This document shows positions 16,337-24,807 of a stretch of 64,000 bases of DNA, in pieces. A model generated the notes under the pieces. The model was not told where the DNA came from, searched no databases, and saw only the letters and a list, made by a program, of their open reading frames with translations. The position numbers and the translations under genes are program-made. The DNA lies in assembly GCA_035063585.1 (NCBI GenBank), contig JAPSGB010000009.1, forward strand, positions 35,980 through 99,979, given 5' to 3'. This DNA comes from Polyangiaceae bacterium (GTDB lineage Bacteria; Myxococcota_A; Polyangia; Polyangiales; Polyangiaceae). Position 1 is the first letter of the stretch. Each line of letters begins with the position of its first letter.

Positions 16337-17950
16337 CTAACGTCGCTTCAACGTCTCACATCGGAGCGCTCCTCCGAGCACACGGACCTCCCCTGTCCAG
16401 CGCGAGCCGTCCTCGTATGCGGCCCACTTCGCGGGCTCATCGAAGGTGCACTGAGCGGTACCCTTCGCGTCCGGGAGCTTGAACGTCACGGTGTACTTCT
16501 CGGTGCGCTTTCCCACCCGCTCGCAGCCGACGCACTGTCCCTCGCGCGCGAGGGTGACCGCGGGCCAGTGAGGCTCGGGCGTCACGCCTGTGCCGACCGC
16601 GTGCTCGACGCGCGCGCTCGCCCATTGGTCGAGCGTGTAGTCACACTTGTCGTCGTAGACGGGCGTCTCCTTGTACTTCGGCTGGCACACCTCCTTCTCG
16701 GCGTAGGTGCCGTCGCCGCGATCGATCTTCTTGGTGTGGCAGTCCTCGCCGTCGGGTTGCTTCGTCGTCGAGCGCTGCTCCCGGTGGCGAGCGATCCCTC
16801 GCGCGCCGCTCGGCAGCTCGTCACACCAGGCCGACTCCTTCACCGGCCCGAAACGTTCGACGACGACCTCACGCTTCCACTCGTGACCGGCCACCTCGAG
16901 CGCGGCCTCCCGGGTCAAGAACAGGAATGCCGCGACCGCTCCGAGCGCGAGCACCAGGAGCGCGACGCACCCGATCGCGAAGAACTTCGAAGTGTGACGC
17001 TGCTTCGCCGGCGCGGGCAGCCCGGTCGGCGCGCTGGGCGGCGCAGCCACCAGCCCGACGTCGGTCGCGCCGCCCAGCGGCGCGCCGCAACCTCCGCAGT
17101 GCTTCGCGGCGCGACCGCTCGCGGTGCCGCAGTATTCGCAACGCTTGTCCGTCCCGACGTACTCGTGATCTTGGACGGCGACCTTCTCGTCATCCGGCGG
17201 GAAGTAGCGGCGGGTCGCATCTTGGGCTGCGCCACACGCCGGACAGTGGCGGTGAGTGAGGCCGAGGTTCTTCCGCTGCCCGCAGAAGCCGCAGTCCCAC
17301 GCCATCTCGTAGATCTTCTCGGTGGACGACTCGGCCACCTGGGCCCCGGGAGAGCCGGCGCCCAGCGCGAGCGAGTCGAGCGAGACCAGCTCGACGCCGC
17401 GCTCGGCGAGCCGCGGCGCGGCGAGCGCGAGCACCTGGGCAGCGACGCGCGCGGAGCCTTCCGGTCCCGCCCACTCGGACGGGGCACGGCCCTCGGCCGC
17501 GGCTGCCGCGGCCAGGCGGTCGACCGCGTCGCGCACGATGGCTCCCGCCCACGCTTCGAGCGAGCCCGCGGCGCCGTCGAGGACCACCCGGAGCGCCGCG
17601 GCGGGGTCCACCACCCGGAGCGTGAGCTCGGCGCTGAACACAGCCGCCGGCGCGGCGCCGCTCACCCGGACGCGCGGAATGGGGCTCATGGCGATGAACC
17701 AGGGCTCGACGTCGAGCGAGCCATCGGGCAGGCTCGCGGGCGCGAGGAACGGCAGGGCCGCGGGCGTCAGCGGATAGCGCCCCGCGCCCATGAGACCGAG
17801 GAGCTGACCAGCGCGGACGAAGGCGACGACGTCGGTGGCTTCGCAGCCGAGCTCGCTCCCGGGCGGTAGCGGCCTCGAGGGGAACTTGAAGAAGCACTCC
17901 GCGCGATGCGCGGGATCGCGAGCGACCCACTCTCTCATCGTGGCGCGCAT
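16337..17950 (-). CDS. SPFH/Band7-like N-terminal domain, two CxxC...CxxC zinc ribbons, one TM helix, and a Cys-containing extracytoplasmic domain; function unknown
   Basis: Zinc ribbons are WDCGFCGQRKNLGLTHRHCPACG and KRCEYCGTASGRAAKHCGGCG. TM segment FFAIGCVALLVLALGAVAAFLFL. The C-terminal ~185 aa carries 8-9 Cys (WCDEL, EDCHTK, VCQPKY, DKCDY, GQCVGCERV, AQCTF, LRCE). Confidence 0.75.
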   Translation of the reverse strand: MRATMREWVARDPAHRAECFFKFPSRPLPPGSELGCEATDVVAFVRAGQLLGLMGAGRYPLTPAALPFLAPASLPDGSLDVEPWFIAMSPIPRVRVSGAAPAAVFSAELTLRVVDPAAALRVVLDGAAGSLEAWAGAIVRDAVDRLAAAAAAEGRAPSEWAGPEGSARVAAQVLALAAPRLAERGVELVSLDSLALGAGSPGAQVAESSTEKIYEMAWDCGFCGQRKNLGLTHRHCPACGAAQDATRRYFPPDDEKVAVQDHEYVGTDKRCEYCGTASGRAAKHCGGCGAPLGGATDVGLVAAPPSAPTGLPAPAKQRHTSKFFAIGCVALLVLALGAVAAFLFLTREAALEVAGHEWKREVVVERFGPVKESAWCDELPSGARGIARHREQRSTTKQPDGEDCHTKKIDRGDGTYAEKEVCQPKYKETPVYDDKCDYTLDQWASARVEHAVGTGVTPEPHWPAVTLAREGQCVGCERVGKRTEKYTVTFKLPDAKGTAQCTFDEPAKWAAYEDGSRWTGEVRVLGGALRCETLKRR

Positions 17951-17986
17951 TATTTCCCGCCGAGCGCTGCGCTGGCTATCGAAAAC

Positions 17987-18649
17987 TCAACGCTTCAGCT
18001 TGAACACCGGCCAGCTGTACGCCTTGGCGAGGAGCGCGAGCCTCGGGTCGGGGTTCACCGCCGCCGGATGGCCCACCACGCTGAGCATCGGCAAGTCCGA
18101 ATAGCTATCGCTGAAGGCGAAGCAGTCGGCGAGATCGTAGCCGCGGGCGCGAGCGTGCTCGCGGATGAGCCGCGCCTTCTCGGGCCCCGCGACCACCGGC
18201 TTCTCGAGCTTGCCGGTCGCCTTCTCCCCCTTCATCTCGAGGCGGTTCGCGATGACGTGCGTCGCGCCGAGGTGCGTGGCGAGGCGTCGCACGATGAAAT
18301 CGAGCGCGCCCGAGATGAACACCACCTCGTTGCCGTGGCTCAGGTTGTTCTCTACGAGCTCCCGCGCGTCCGAGTAGAGCGCGGGGCGGATGACCTCGTC
18401 GAAGACCTCTTCGGCGAGGAGCACGAGGCGATCCTCGCTCATTCCAGCGTAGGTGCTGTAAAGGAGCTCGTTGAACGTCCGGCGGTCGACCAGCTCGGCG
18501 AGCCCCATGGCGGGCGCGCGGAGGAGCGCGCGCCCGATGCGGCGCGCGGTCGCGAGCGGGGTCCCCTGGTTCTTGAGATAGTACCAGGTCGGCTGGACGA
18601 GGTTCGTCGACACCAGCGTGCCGTCGATGTCGAAGTAGCTGGCCGCCAC
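17987..18649 (-). CDS. HAD-IB family hydrolase (SerB/phosphoserine-phosphatase-like)
   Basis: Motif I is YFDIDGTLV. The C-terminal motifs are ISGALDFIV and AFSDSYSDLPML (HAD motifs III/IV). Confidence 0.85.
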   Translation of the reverse strand: MAASYFDIDGTLVSTNLVQPTWYYLKNQGTPLATARRIGRALLRAPAMGLAELVDRRTFNELLYSTYAGMSEDRLVLLAEEVFDEVIRPALYSDARELVENNLSHGNEVVFISGALDFIVRRLATHLGATHVIANRLEMKGEKATGKLEKPVVAGPEKARLIREHARARGYDLADCFAFSDSYSDLPMLSVVGHPAAVNPDPRLALLAKAYSWPVFKLKR

Positions 18650-18711
18650 GGACCCTCCTCGTGCGCTCGGGCCCGCGCAAAGTCAAGGCTTCTGCTAGAA
18701 ACCTCCCCGCC

Positions 18712-19845
18712 ATGCAGCTCATCGACTCTCACTCGGGGCTCGAAGACGCCTGTCGAGCGCTCTCCGGCGCGCCGCGGCTCTACCTCGACACGGAATTCGA
18801 GTCCTCGCGCGAGGGCAAGCTCCTCAGCCTGGTTCAGCTCACCCGTGGCCGAGAAATCTACCTCGTGGACGCCCTCCGCCTCCGCGCGCTCGAGCCGCTC
18901 GCGCGCGTGCTCGGTGACACCGAGTGGGTGCTCCACGCCGGCGCGCAGGACGTGCCGCTCTTGGTGGAGCGGCTCGGGCTCCGCGAGCCCCCGCCCCTCT
19001 TCGATACGCAGGTCGCCTGGGCGCTCATCGGGCCCGAGTACTCGGTGTCGCTCGCCTATCTCGAACATCGCCTGCTCGGGCTCCGCGCCGAGAAGACCCA
19101 CCAGCTCGACGACTGGAAGCGGCGCCCCTTGCCGCCCGCGCAGCTCAGTTACGCGGCCGCCGACGTCGAGCACCTCGAGGAGCTCCAGCGACGCCTCTCG
19201 GAGCGCGCCGCGGCGCTCGGGCGCGCGGAGGTGATCGCGGAGGCGTCGCGCGAGCTCTTGTGGCCAGCGCCCGAGCCGCCCACGCGGCTCAGCCTCGACA
19301 GCTTCCGCAACGCCTGGCAACTCGATCCGCACGGTCAGGCCGCGCTCCGCTGCTTGGTGTCCTTCTGTAACGCGCTGCCGGAGCGCGAGCGGCCCTTCGC
19401 GCCGGAGACGAAGACGCTCCTCGCCATCGCGAGCCGCCTCCCGGAGAGCGGCGACGAGCTCGCGCGGCTGAAGGGCGTCCCGAGGCGGTTCGCCGCCGAG
19501 CACGGCGAGCACCTGGCCGGGCTCATCATGCGGGCGACCGCCGAGGCCGACGCGGCGGACTTCGTGCCTATCGAGCCGCCCCCCTACGCGACCTTCGAGG
19601 AGATCCGCGTCGACGGCTGGCTCTCGCTCGCGCGGGCGTCCCTCTCCGAAGAGCTCAGCATCGCGCCCGAGCTCGCGCTACCGTCGCGCGTGCTGCGTCC
19701 CATGCGCGATGCGATGCTCGGCGAAGGCCGCGCAGACGCCGCCCTCGCGGGGCTCGAGGGCTGGCGGGCGCGCGTGCTCGGCCCGGCATTTCGACGCTAC
19801 GCCGAGGCGCACCCGCCGGATCTTCGCGCCAGCGCGCGCGCGTGA
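18712..19845 (+). CDS. rnd: Ribonuclease D (DEDDy 3'-5' exonuclease plus HRDC)
   Basis: Exo motifs LYLDTEFES..., LHAGAQDVPLL and SYAAADVEHL. Length and a helical HRDC-like C-terminus fit. The start is taken at ATG 18712 (MQLIDSH). Confidence 0.85.
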   Translation: MQLIDSHSGLEDACRALSGAPRLYLDTEFESSREGKLLSLVQLTRGREIYLVDALRLRALEPLARVLGDTEWVLHAGAQDVPLLVERLGLREPPPLFDTQVAWALIGPEYSVSLAYLEHRLLGLRAEKTHQLDDWKRRPLPPAQLSYAAADVEHLEELQRRLSERAAALGRAEVIAEASRELLWPAPEPPTRLSLDSFRNAWQLDPHGQAALRCLVSFCNALPERERPFAPETKTLLAIASRLPESGDELARLKGVPRRFAAEHGEHLAGLIMRATAEADAADFVPIEPPPYATFEEIRVDGWLSLARASLSEELSIAPELALPSRVLRPMRDAMLGEGRADAALAGLEGWRARVLGPAFRRYAEAHPPDLRASARA

Positions 19846-19875
19846 GGGCTCACCGCACCCCTCCCCGTGCGCGGC

Positions 19876-20841
19876 TCACCGATCGAGCAGATACGCCGCG
19901 ATCAGCGGGAACACGATGGTCGCGTCCGACTCGATCACGAAGCGCGGGGTGTCGACGTCGAGCTTCCCCCAGGTAATCTTCTCGTTGGGCGGCGCGCCAC
20001 TATAGGAGCCGTAAGAGGTCTTCGCCTCTGAGATCTGGCAGAAGTATCCCCACGTGCGGCAGTCTTCCTCCAAGTCCTGGGTGATGAGCGGCACCACGCA
20101 CACCGGAAAATCCCCTGAGATCCCGCCGCCGATCTGGAAGAAGCCGACACGCGACTCCGCGTCGGTCGCCTGGTACCAGTCGATGAGCGTCGTCATGTAC
20201 TCGATGCCCGTCTTCATGATGGCGGGCGAGCAGATTCGGCGATAGGTCGCCGCGGCGAACACGTTGCCGAGCGTGGAGTCTTCCCAGCCCGGGCACACGA
20301 TGGGCAGGTTCTTCTTCGCTGCCGCGAGCATCCACGAGCCCGACGGGTCGATCTGATAGGCGCCCTCCAAGCGCTCACTCCTGAGGAGTTGATAGAGGTA
20401 CTCGTGCGGGAAGTGGCGCTCGCCCTGGCGCTCGGCGTGCGTCCAGAGCTCGAGCATGTGGTGCTCGACGGCCCGCATGGCGGCGCCCTCCGGGATGCAG
20501 GTGTCGGTGACCCGGTTCAAGCCGGCGTCGAAGAGCGCCTTCTCTTCTCTCGGGGTGAGGTCGCGGTAGTGGGGGATGCGCCGATATCCCTCGTGCGCGA
20601 CCAGGTTGAAGACGTCCTCCTCGAGGTTCGCGCCGGTGACGCACATGCCATGGACCTTGTCCTGGCGAATGAGCTCGGCGACCACCAGCCCGAGCTCCGC
20701 GGTGCTCATCGCGCCGCCCATCGTGAGCAGCATCTTGCCGCCCTCGTCGAGGTGCGCTTCCCAGGCTCGGGCCGCATCGATCAGCGCAGCTGAGTTGAAA
20801 TGTCGAAAGTGACGGACGATGTAGTTTCTGACGGATCCCAT
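19876..20841 (-). CDS. Deoxyhypusine synthase family protein (bacterial DHS-like / homospermidine-synthase-like)
   Basis: DHS blocks are LTMGGAMSTAELG, VTGANLEEDVF, IPEG, NLPIVCPGWEDSTLGN, FQIGGGISGDFP and the catalytic-Lys region QISEAKTSYGSYSGA. The start is taken at ATG 20841, preceded by GGGAGAG. Confidence 0.88.
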   Translation of the reverse strand: MGSVRNYIVRHFRHFNSAALIDAARAWEAHLDEGGKMLLTMGGAMSTAELGLVVAELIRQDKVHGMCVTGANLEEDVFNLVAHEGYRRIPHYRDLTPREEKALFDAGLNRVTDTCIPEGAAMRAVEHHMLELWTHAERQGERHFPHEYLYQLLRSERLEGAYQIDPSGSWMLAAAKKNLPIVCPGWEDSTLGNVFAAATYRRICSPAIMKTGIEYMTTLIDWYQATDAESRVGFFQIGGGISGDFPVCVVPLITQDLEEDCRTWGYFCQISEAKTSYGSYSGAPPNEKITWGKLDVDTPRFVIESDATIVFPLIAAYLLDR

Positions 20842-20949
20842 CTCTCTCCCGGTTCTGGGGCGCGAGCCCGCGTCTTCTCGCTGTTTCACCCAACCGGACG
20901 AGGTTCGCTCTGTCAACCCCCAGGACGCGCGGCGCGCCCCTCGCGCGCG

Positions 20950-21615
20950 TCAGGACTTCCGCGAGAGGCGGAACACGCGCTTGCCGTCCTTCTCGTAAGG
21001 CGGCTGAATTTCGAGCGTTTCGAGCACGAGCTCGCGGATGCGGCCCGCGCCGGAGAGATCGCGGATGTGCAGCCGCGAGCCGCGCGCGGAGAGCACGTCG
21101 CAGAGCCCAAACGCGAAATGGAGCACGCGATCACCACCCTTCGGCACCGGCGCCGGCGCCGGCGCATCGCGGCTCTCCGCCGCCGCCACCGCGCTCGCGG
21201 CCGCCGCCCACGGGTGCTTCGCGGGCGAGGCGGCGCGCGCGCCGAGCTCCGCGCTCGGCCGAGGGGGCGCGTCTGCCGCGGTGGGCTCGCTCGCGGCATG
21301 CTCGGCGAACACGGTCGCCGACACGAAGAGCGTCACGCCGAACGCGCGAGCGCGCGCGAGGTGTCCGGCGACGACCGGTTCGCCGTCACGCGCGAGCACG
21401 ACCCCGTACGGGCCGCCCGCCGGTCCGCCGAGCGACGCGACGGCGTGCCGTCCGCGCGCGCGGCGGAGCGGGTACTTGCCGTCGCCGCCGACCCGCACCT
21501 CGGCGTCTTCGACGAACCCGGTACCGGTGATCCAGCCCTCGACGCCGCGCGCGGCCTCGGCGAGCGCCTCTCCGAGCTCGGCCTCGTCGGGGACGGAGAC
21601 GATTCGACTCTGCAT
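20950..21615 (-). CDS. Hypothetical protein: N-terminal PPC/DUF296-like domain, Ala/Pro-rich linker, C-terminal small beta (Tudor/DUF3553-like) domain
   Basis: The N-terminus (WITGTGFVEDAEVRV...GGPYGVVLARDGEPVVAGHLARARAFGVTLFV) resembles the PPC fold. The C-terminus GDRVLHFAFGLCDVLSARGSRLHIRDL resembles the GDxVxHxxFGxGxV motif. The start is taken at ATG 21615. Confidence 0.6.
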   Translation of the reverse strand: MQSRIVSVPDEAELGEALAEAARGVEGWITGTGFVEDAEVRVGGDGKYPLRRARGRHAVASLGGPAGGPYGVVLARDGEPVVAGHLARARAFGVTLFVSATVFAEHAASEPTAADAPPRPSAELGARAASPAKHPWAAAASAVAAAESRDAPAPAPVPKGGDRVLHFAFGLCDVLSARGSRLHIRDLSGAGRIRELVLETLEIQPPYEKDGKRVFRLSRKS

Positions 21616-21628
21616 CTCGGCCGTCCCT

Positions 21629-22477
21629 CTAGCGCGTCGCGCCGAGCGCGGCGAGCGCTCGATCGACCGAGCCGAGGTATCCCGCGCCGAACAGCCCCAC
21701 ATGCACGAGGAGGGGATAGAGCTGATAGAGCGGGACTCGCTCGGCGTGTCCTGCGGCGAGAGGGTAGGCCTCGGCGTAGGCGTCGAACACCCGCTCCGAG
21801 AAGCCGCCGAAGAGGCGCATCATCGCGAGATCCACCTCCCGGTGGCCGCCGTACGCGGCGGGATCGATGAGACACGGCTCGCCCTCCGGCGCGCGGTGGA
21901 GGTTGCCGCTCCACAGGTCGCCGTGCAGTCGCGCGGGCCGCTCGGCGGGGCCCACGAGCTCCGGGAGTCGTGCGAACAGGCGCTCGAAGCGGTCGCGACG
22001 CGCGAGATCGAGCTCGCGAACGAGCGGCGCCAGCCGTCGAGCACGATAGAACGTCGGCCAGTCGGGCTCGGGCGTGTTGTCCTGGGCGAGTCGCCCGATG
22101 AAGTTCGGATGCTCGAGCCCGAACCGGGGCGCGCCCGCGCGGTGGAGCGCCGCGAGCCCGCGCCCGAGCGCCTCGTCGAAGCCCGCGCACGGCGCCCCCG
22201 GCTCGAGGTACTCGAGCGCGAGGAACGGCACCTCCGAACCGACCGCGAGCACCTCCGGGACACGGAGCGCGCGCGCCTCGGCGAGCCAGGCGAGGCCGCG
22301 TGCCTCGGCCAGGAACATCGACGGAGCCGCGCTCGGGAGCGACTTCACGAACACCCGCCGGCCATCGGCGAGCTCCACCAAGAACGCCTCGCTGATGTCT
22401 CCCCCCGCGAGGCGTCGAGTACGCCCGAGCTTCGCGCCGAGCGCTCGCTCGACCGCGCCGCGGAGGCGCTCATCCAT
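21629..22477 (-). CDS. Fructosamine/ketosamine-3-kinase family protein
   Basis: GGDISEAFLV, FVKS, EARGLAWL, PARLHGDLWSGNL, LIDPAAYGGHREVDLAM. The start ATG at 22477 shares one nt with the upstream PTP stop (TGATG). Confidence 0.87.
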   Translation of the reverse strand: MDERLRGAVERALGAKLGRTRRLAGGDISEAFLVELADGRRVFVKSLPSAAPSMFLAEARGLAWLAEARALRVPEVLAVGSEVPFLALEYLEPGAPCAGFDEALGRGLAALHRAGAPRFGLEHPNFIGRLAQDNTPEPDWPTFYRARRLAPLVRELDLARRDRFERLFARLPELVGPAERPARLHGDLWSGNLHRAPEGEPCLIDPAAYGGHREVDLAMMRLFGGFSERVFDAYAEAYPLAAGHAERVPLYQLYPLLVHVGLFGAGYLGSVDRALAALGATR

Positions 22478-22965
22478 CAGAGCCCGCGCTCGCCCCGCAC
22501 GTGCGCGAGGAGCCCCGCGCAGGCCGCGAGGCAAATCTCGAGCACCTCGTCGAAATCGCGCTCGCCCCCGTAATACGGATCCGGGACGTCCCGCTCGGGG
22601 CTTCCTCGCTCGAAGGCGCGAAGCAGCCGGATCTTTTGTCGGTCCGGCGCGGAACCGGGCGCGGCGAGCGCCTCGAGCGCGTCACGGTTGTCGCGATCCA
22701 TGGCAATGACGTGGTCGAAGCGCGCGAAATCGCCGCGCTCGAACTGGCGCGCCGCGCCCCCGACGACGATACCCATTCGCCGGGCGGCGGCTCGCGCCCG
22801 TGCGTCCGGCGGCTGCCCCACGTGAAACCCGCTGAGGCCGGCGCTCTCGAGCAGGAATGCGTCGGCGAGCCCCGCCTCTCGGACCAGGTGCCGCATCACG
22901 CCCTCCGCGGTCGGCGAGCGGCAGATGTTACCGAGACATACGAAGCAGATGCGAGTCTTTTCCAT
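22477..22965 (-). CDS. Low-molecular-weight protein-tyrosine phosphatase
   Basis: The P-loop is ICFVCLGNICRSPTAEG (CX5R-S). The DP general-acid region is VPDPYYG. Confidence 0.92.
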   Translation of the reverse strand: MEKTRICFVCLGNICRSPTAEGVMRHLVREAGLADAFLLESAGLSGFHVGQPPDARARAAARRMGIVVGGAARQFERGDFARFDHVIAMDRDNRDALEALAAPGSAPDRQKIRLLRAFERGSPERDVPDPYYGGERDFDEVLEICLAACAGLLAHVRGERGL

Positions 22966-23016
22966 GTGGAGCTGGCGAACCGAGCGGGCGGCGCACGGCC
23001 GCCCGCTCCGAGGAGC

Positions 23017-24765
23017 TCAGAGCACGTCCCAGCCGTAGCCCTCGCGCTCGAAGGCGTGATCGGCGATGGCCTTGATGTGCTCGTCGTCGTTGTCGTCGAC
23101 GAGCCGCGCGTTCCGCTCCACGCGACCCCGCACCTGCCCGGCGAGCACACCCACCAGCTCGAGCTCCTGCGCGGAGGCCTCCGCGCCGCGCGCTCTCACG
23201 GCGGCGTCCACTCGGGAAATCGTGCAGGCGAGCACGAAGAGATCAATCATGATGTTGGCGAGACGGCGCGAGGCAAACTGCTTGCCGATGATGTTCTTGC
23301 CGTGCTTTCGGAGGATGCGGTCGACCGCCGTGGCGAGGCTCCGCGTCTGCTCCTCGAACACCTTGACGGGCGCGGCGAGCGCCGGATCGAGCCCGCCGAA
23401 GCGGCCTCGCTCACGGGTGACGCCGGTGGCGAGCGAGGCGCGCCGCAGCGCGTAGTCGCGCAAGACGCCGAACCCCTTGATGGGATCGTTGAAGATCTGC
23501 TGCGCGCTCGTGGCGAGCTCCTTGAGCTCGCTCGCCGCGTCCCTCATGGCCGTGAGCGCGATGAAGAGCCGCAAGACCTCATTGGTGCCCTCGAAGATCC
23601 GGTTGATCCGGCAGTCTCTCATGATGCGCTCGTACGGGAGCTCGCGCATGTAGCCGACGCCACCGGCGATCTGGAGCGCTTGATCCGCCGTGACGAAGAG
23701 CGCTTCGGAGGCGAACACCTTGCTGATGGCGGCCTCGACCGCGTAGTCCTCGTAGCCTTGATCGCTGAGGCCCGCGACCATGTTCACCACCGACTCCGAC
23801 GCGTAGCAGTCGATGATCATCTGGCCGACCTTGTGCTTGACGAGCCCGTACGACCTGATGGGCTGCCCGAACTGGTGGCGCTCGTTCGCGTGGCGGGTCG
23901 CCAGCTCGATGAGGTGCTTCATCGCGCCGATGGAGCCGCCCCCGAGCCCCGAACGGCCGCTGTTCAGGATGTTCATCGCGACCTTGAAGCCCTTGTGCAC
24001 CTCGCCGAGCACGTTCTTCCCGGGCACCCGCACGTTCTCGAAGCTCACGGTGGTGGTCGAGCTCGCGCGAAGACCCATCTTGTCCTCGTGAGGGCCGTTC
24101 GAGACTCCACCCATGTCGCGGGTCACCAGGAAAGCGGTGATGTGATGCTCGCCGGTGCGAGCGAACACCGTGAAAAAGTCCGCGATCCCGCCGTTCGTGA
24201 TCCAGAGCTTCTCGCCGTTCAGGATCCAGTCGTCGCCGTCCGGCTCGGCGCGGGTACGGATCGAGGCGGCGTCCGAGCCGGCGCCCGGCTCGGTGAGGCA
24301 GAACGCGGCGATGAGCTCGCCGGTCGCGAGCTTCGAGTAGTAGCGCTCCCGCTGCTCTTCGGTCCCGAACAGCAAGAGGCCACGCATGCCGATCGAGCTG
24401 TGCGCGCCGACGGTGACCGCGACCGAGGCGTCGTAGCGAGCGATCTGCTGGAGGGCGCGCGAGTAGGCGGCGCTGCCGAAGCCGAGCCCGCCGTGCTGCT
24501 CGGGGATGACCAGGCTGAACATCCCGAACTGGCGCAGCTCCTCGATGAACTCCGCCGGGAACTCGCCGGCGACGTCCCACTTCGGATAGTCCGCTCGGTG
24601 TCGGCCGAGGAGGTCGTCGATGGAGGCGATGACGCCGCTCAGCGTCTCCTTGTCGGCGTCGCGCATCGCCGGGAACGGGGTGATCACGTCTTCGCGGATG
24701 TCGCCCATCGCGAGCGAGCGCATGAAGCTCACGTCCTTGTCGGCCATGGCGAGATCCTGGAGCAA
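23017..24765 (-). CDS. Long acyl-CoA dehydrogenase (VLCAD/ACAD9-like, with extra C-terminal helical domain)
   Basis: ACAD blocks are AFCLTEPGAGSDAAS, WITNGGIAD, GGVGYMRELPYERIMRDCRINRIFEGTNEV. 582 aa, i.e. about 180 aa beyond a standard ACAD. Confidence 0.9.
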   Translation of the reverse strand: MLQDLAMADKDVSFMRSLAMGDIREDVITPFPAMRDADKETLSGVIASIDDLLGRHRADYPKWDVAGEFPAEFIEELRQFGMFSLVIPEQHGGLGFGSAAYSRALQQIARYDASVAVTVGAHSSIGMRGLLLFGTEEQRERYYSKLATGELIAAFCLTEPGAGSDAASIRTRAEPDGDDWILNGEKLWITNGGIADFFTVFARTGEHHITAFLVTRDMGGVSNGPHEDKMGLRASSTTTVSFENVRVPGKNVLGEVHKGFKVAMNILNSGRSGLGGGSIGAMKHLIELATRHANERHQFGQPIRSYGLVKHKVGQMIIDCYASESVVNMVAGLSDQGYEDYAVEAAISKVFASEALFVTADQALQIAGGVGYMRELPYERIMRDCRINRIFEGTNEVLRLFIALTAMRDAASELKELATSAQQIFNDPIKGFGVLRDYALRRASLATGVTRERGRFGGLDPALAAPVKVFEEQTRSLATAVDRILRKHGKNIIGKQFASRRLANIMIDLFVLACTISRVDAAVRARGAEASAQELELVGVLAGQVRGRVERNARLVDDNDDEHIKAIADHAFEREGYGWDVL

Positions 24766-24807
24766 GCGCCCCGCGTCGCCAAGCCAATTGGGCGCCCCGC
24801 GCCGAGG

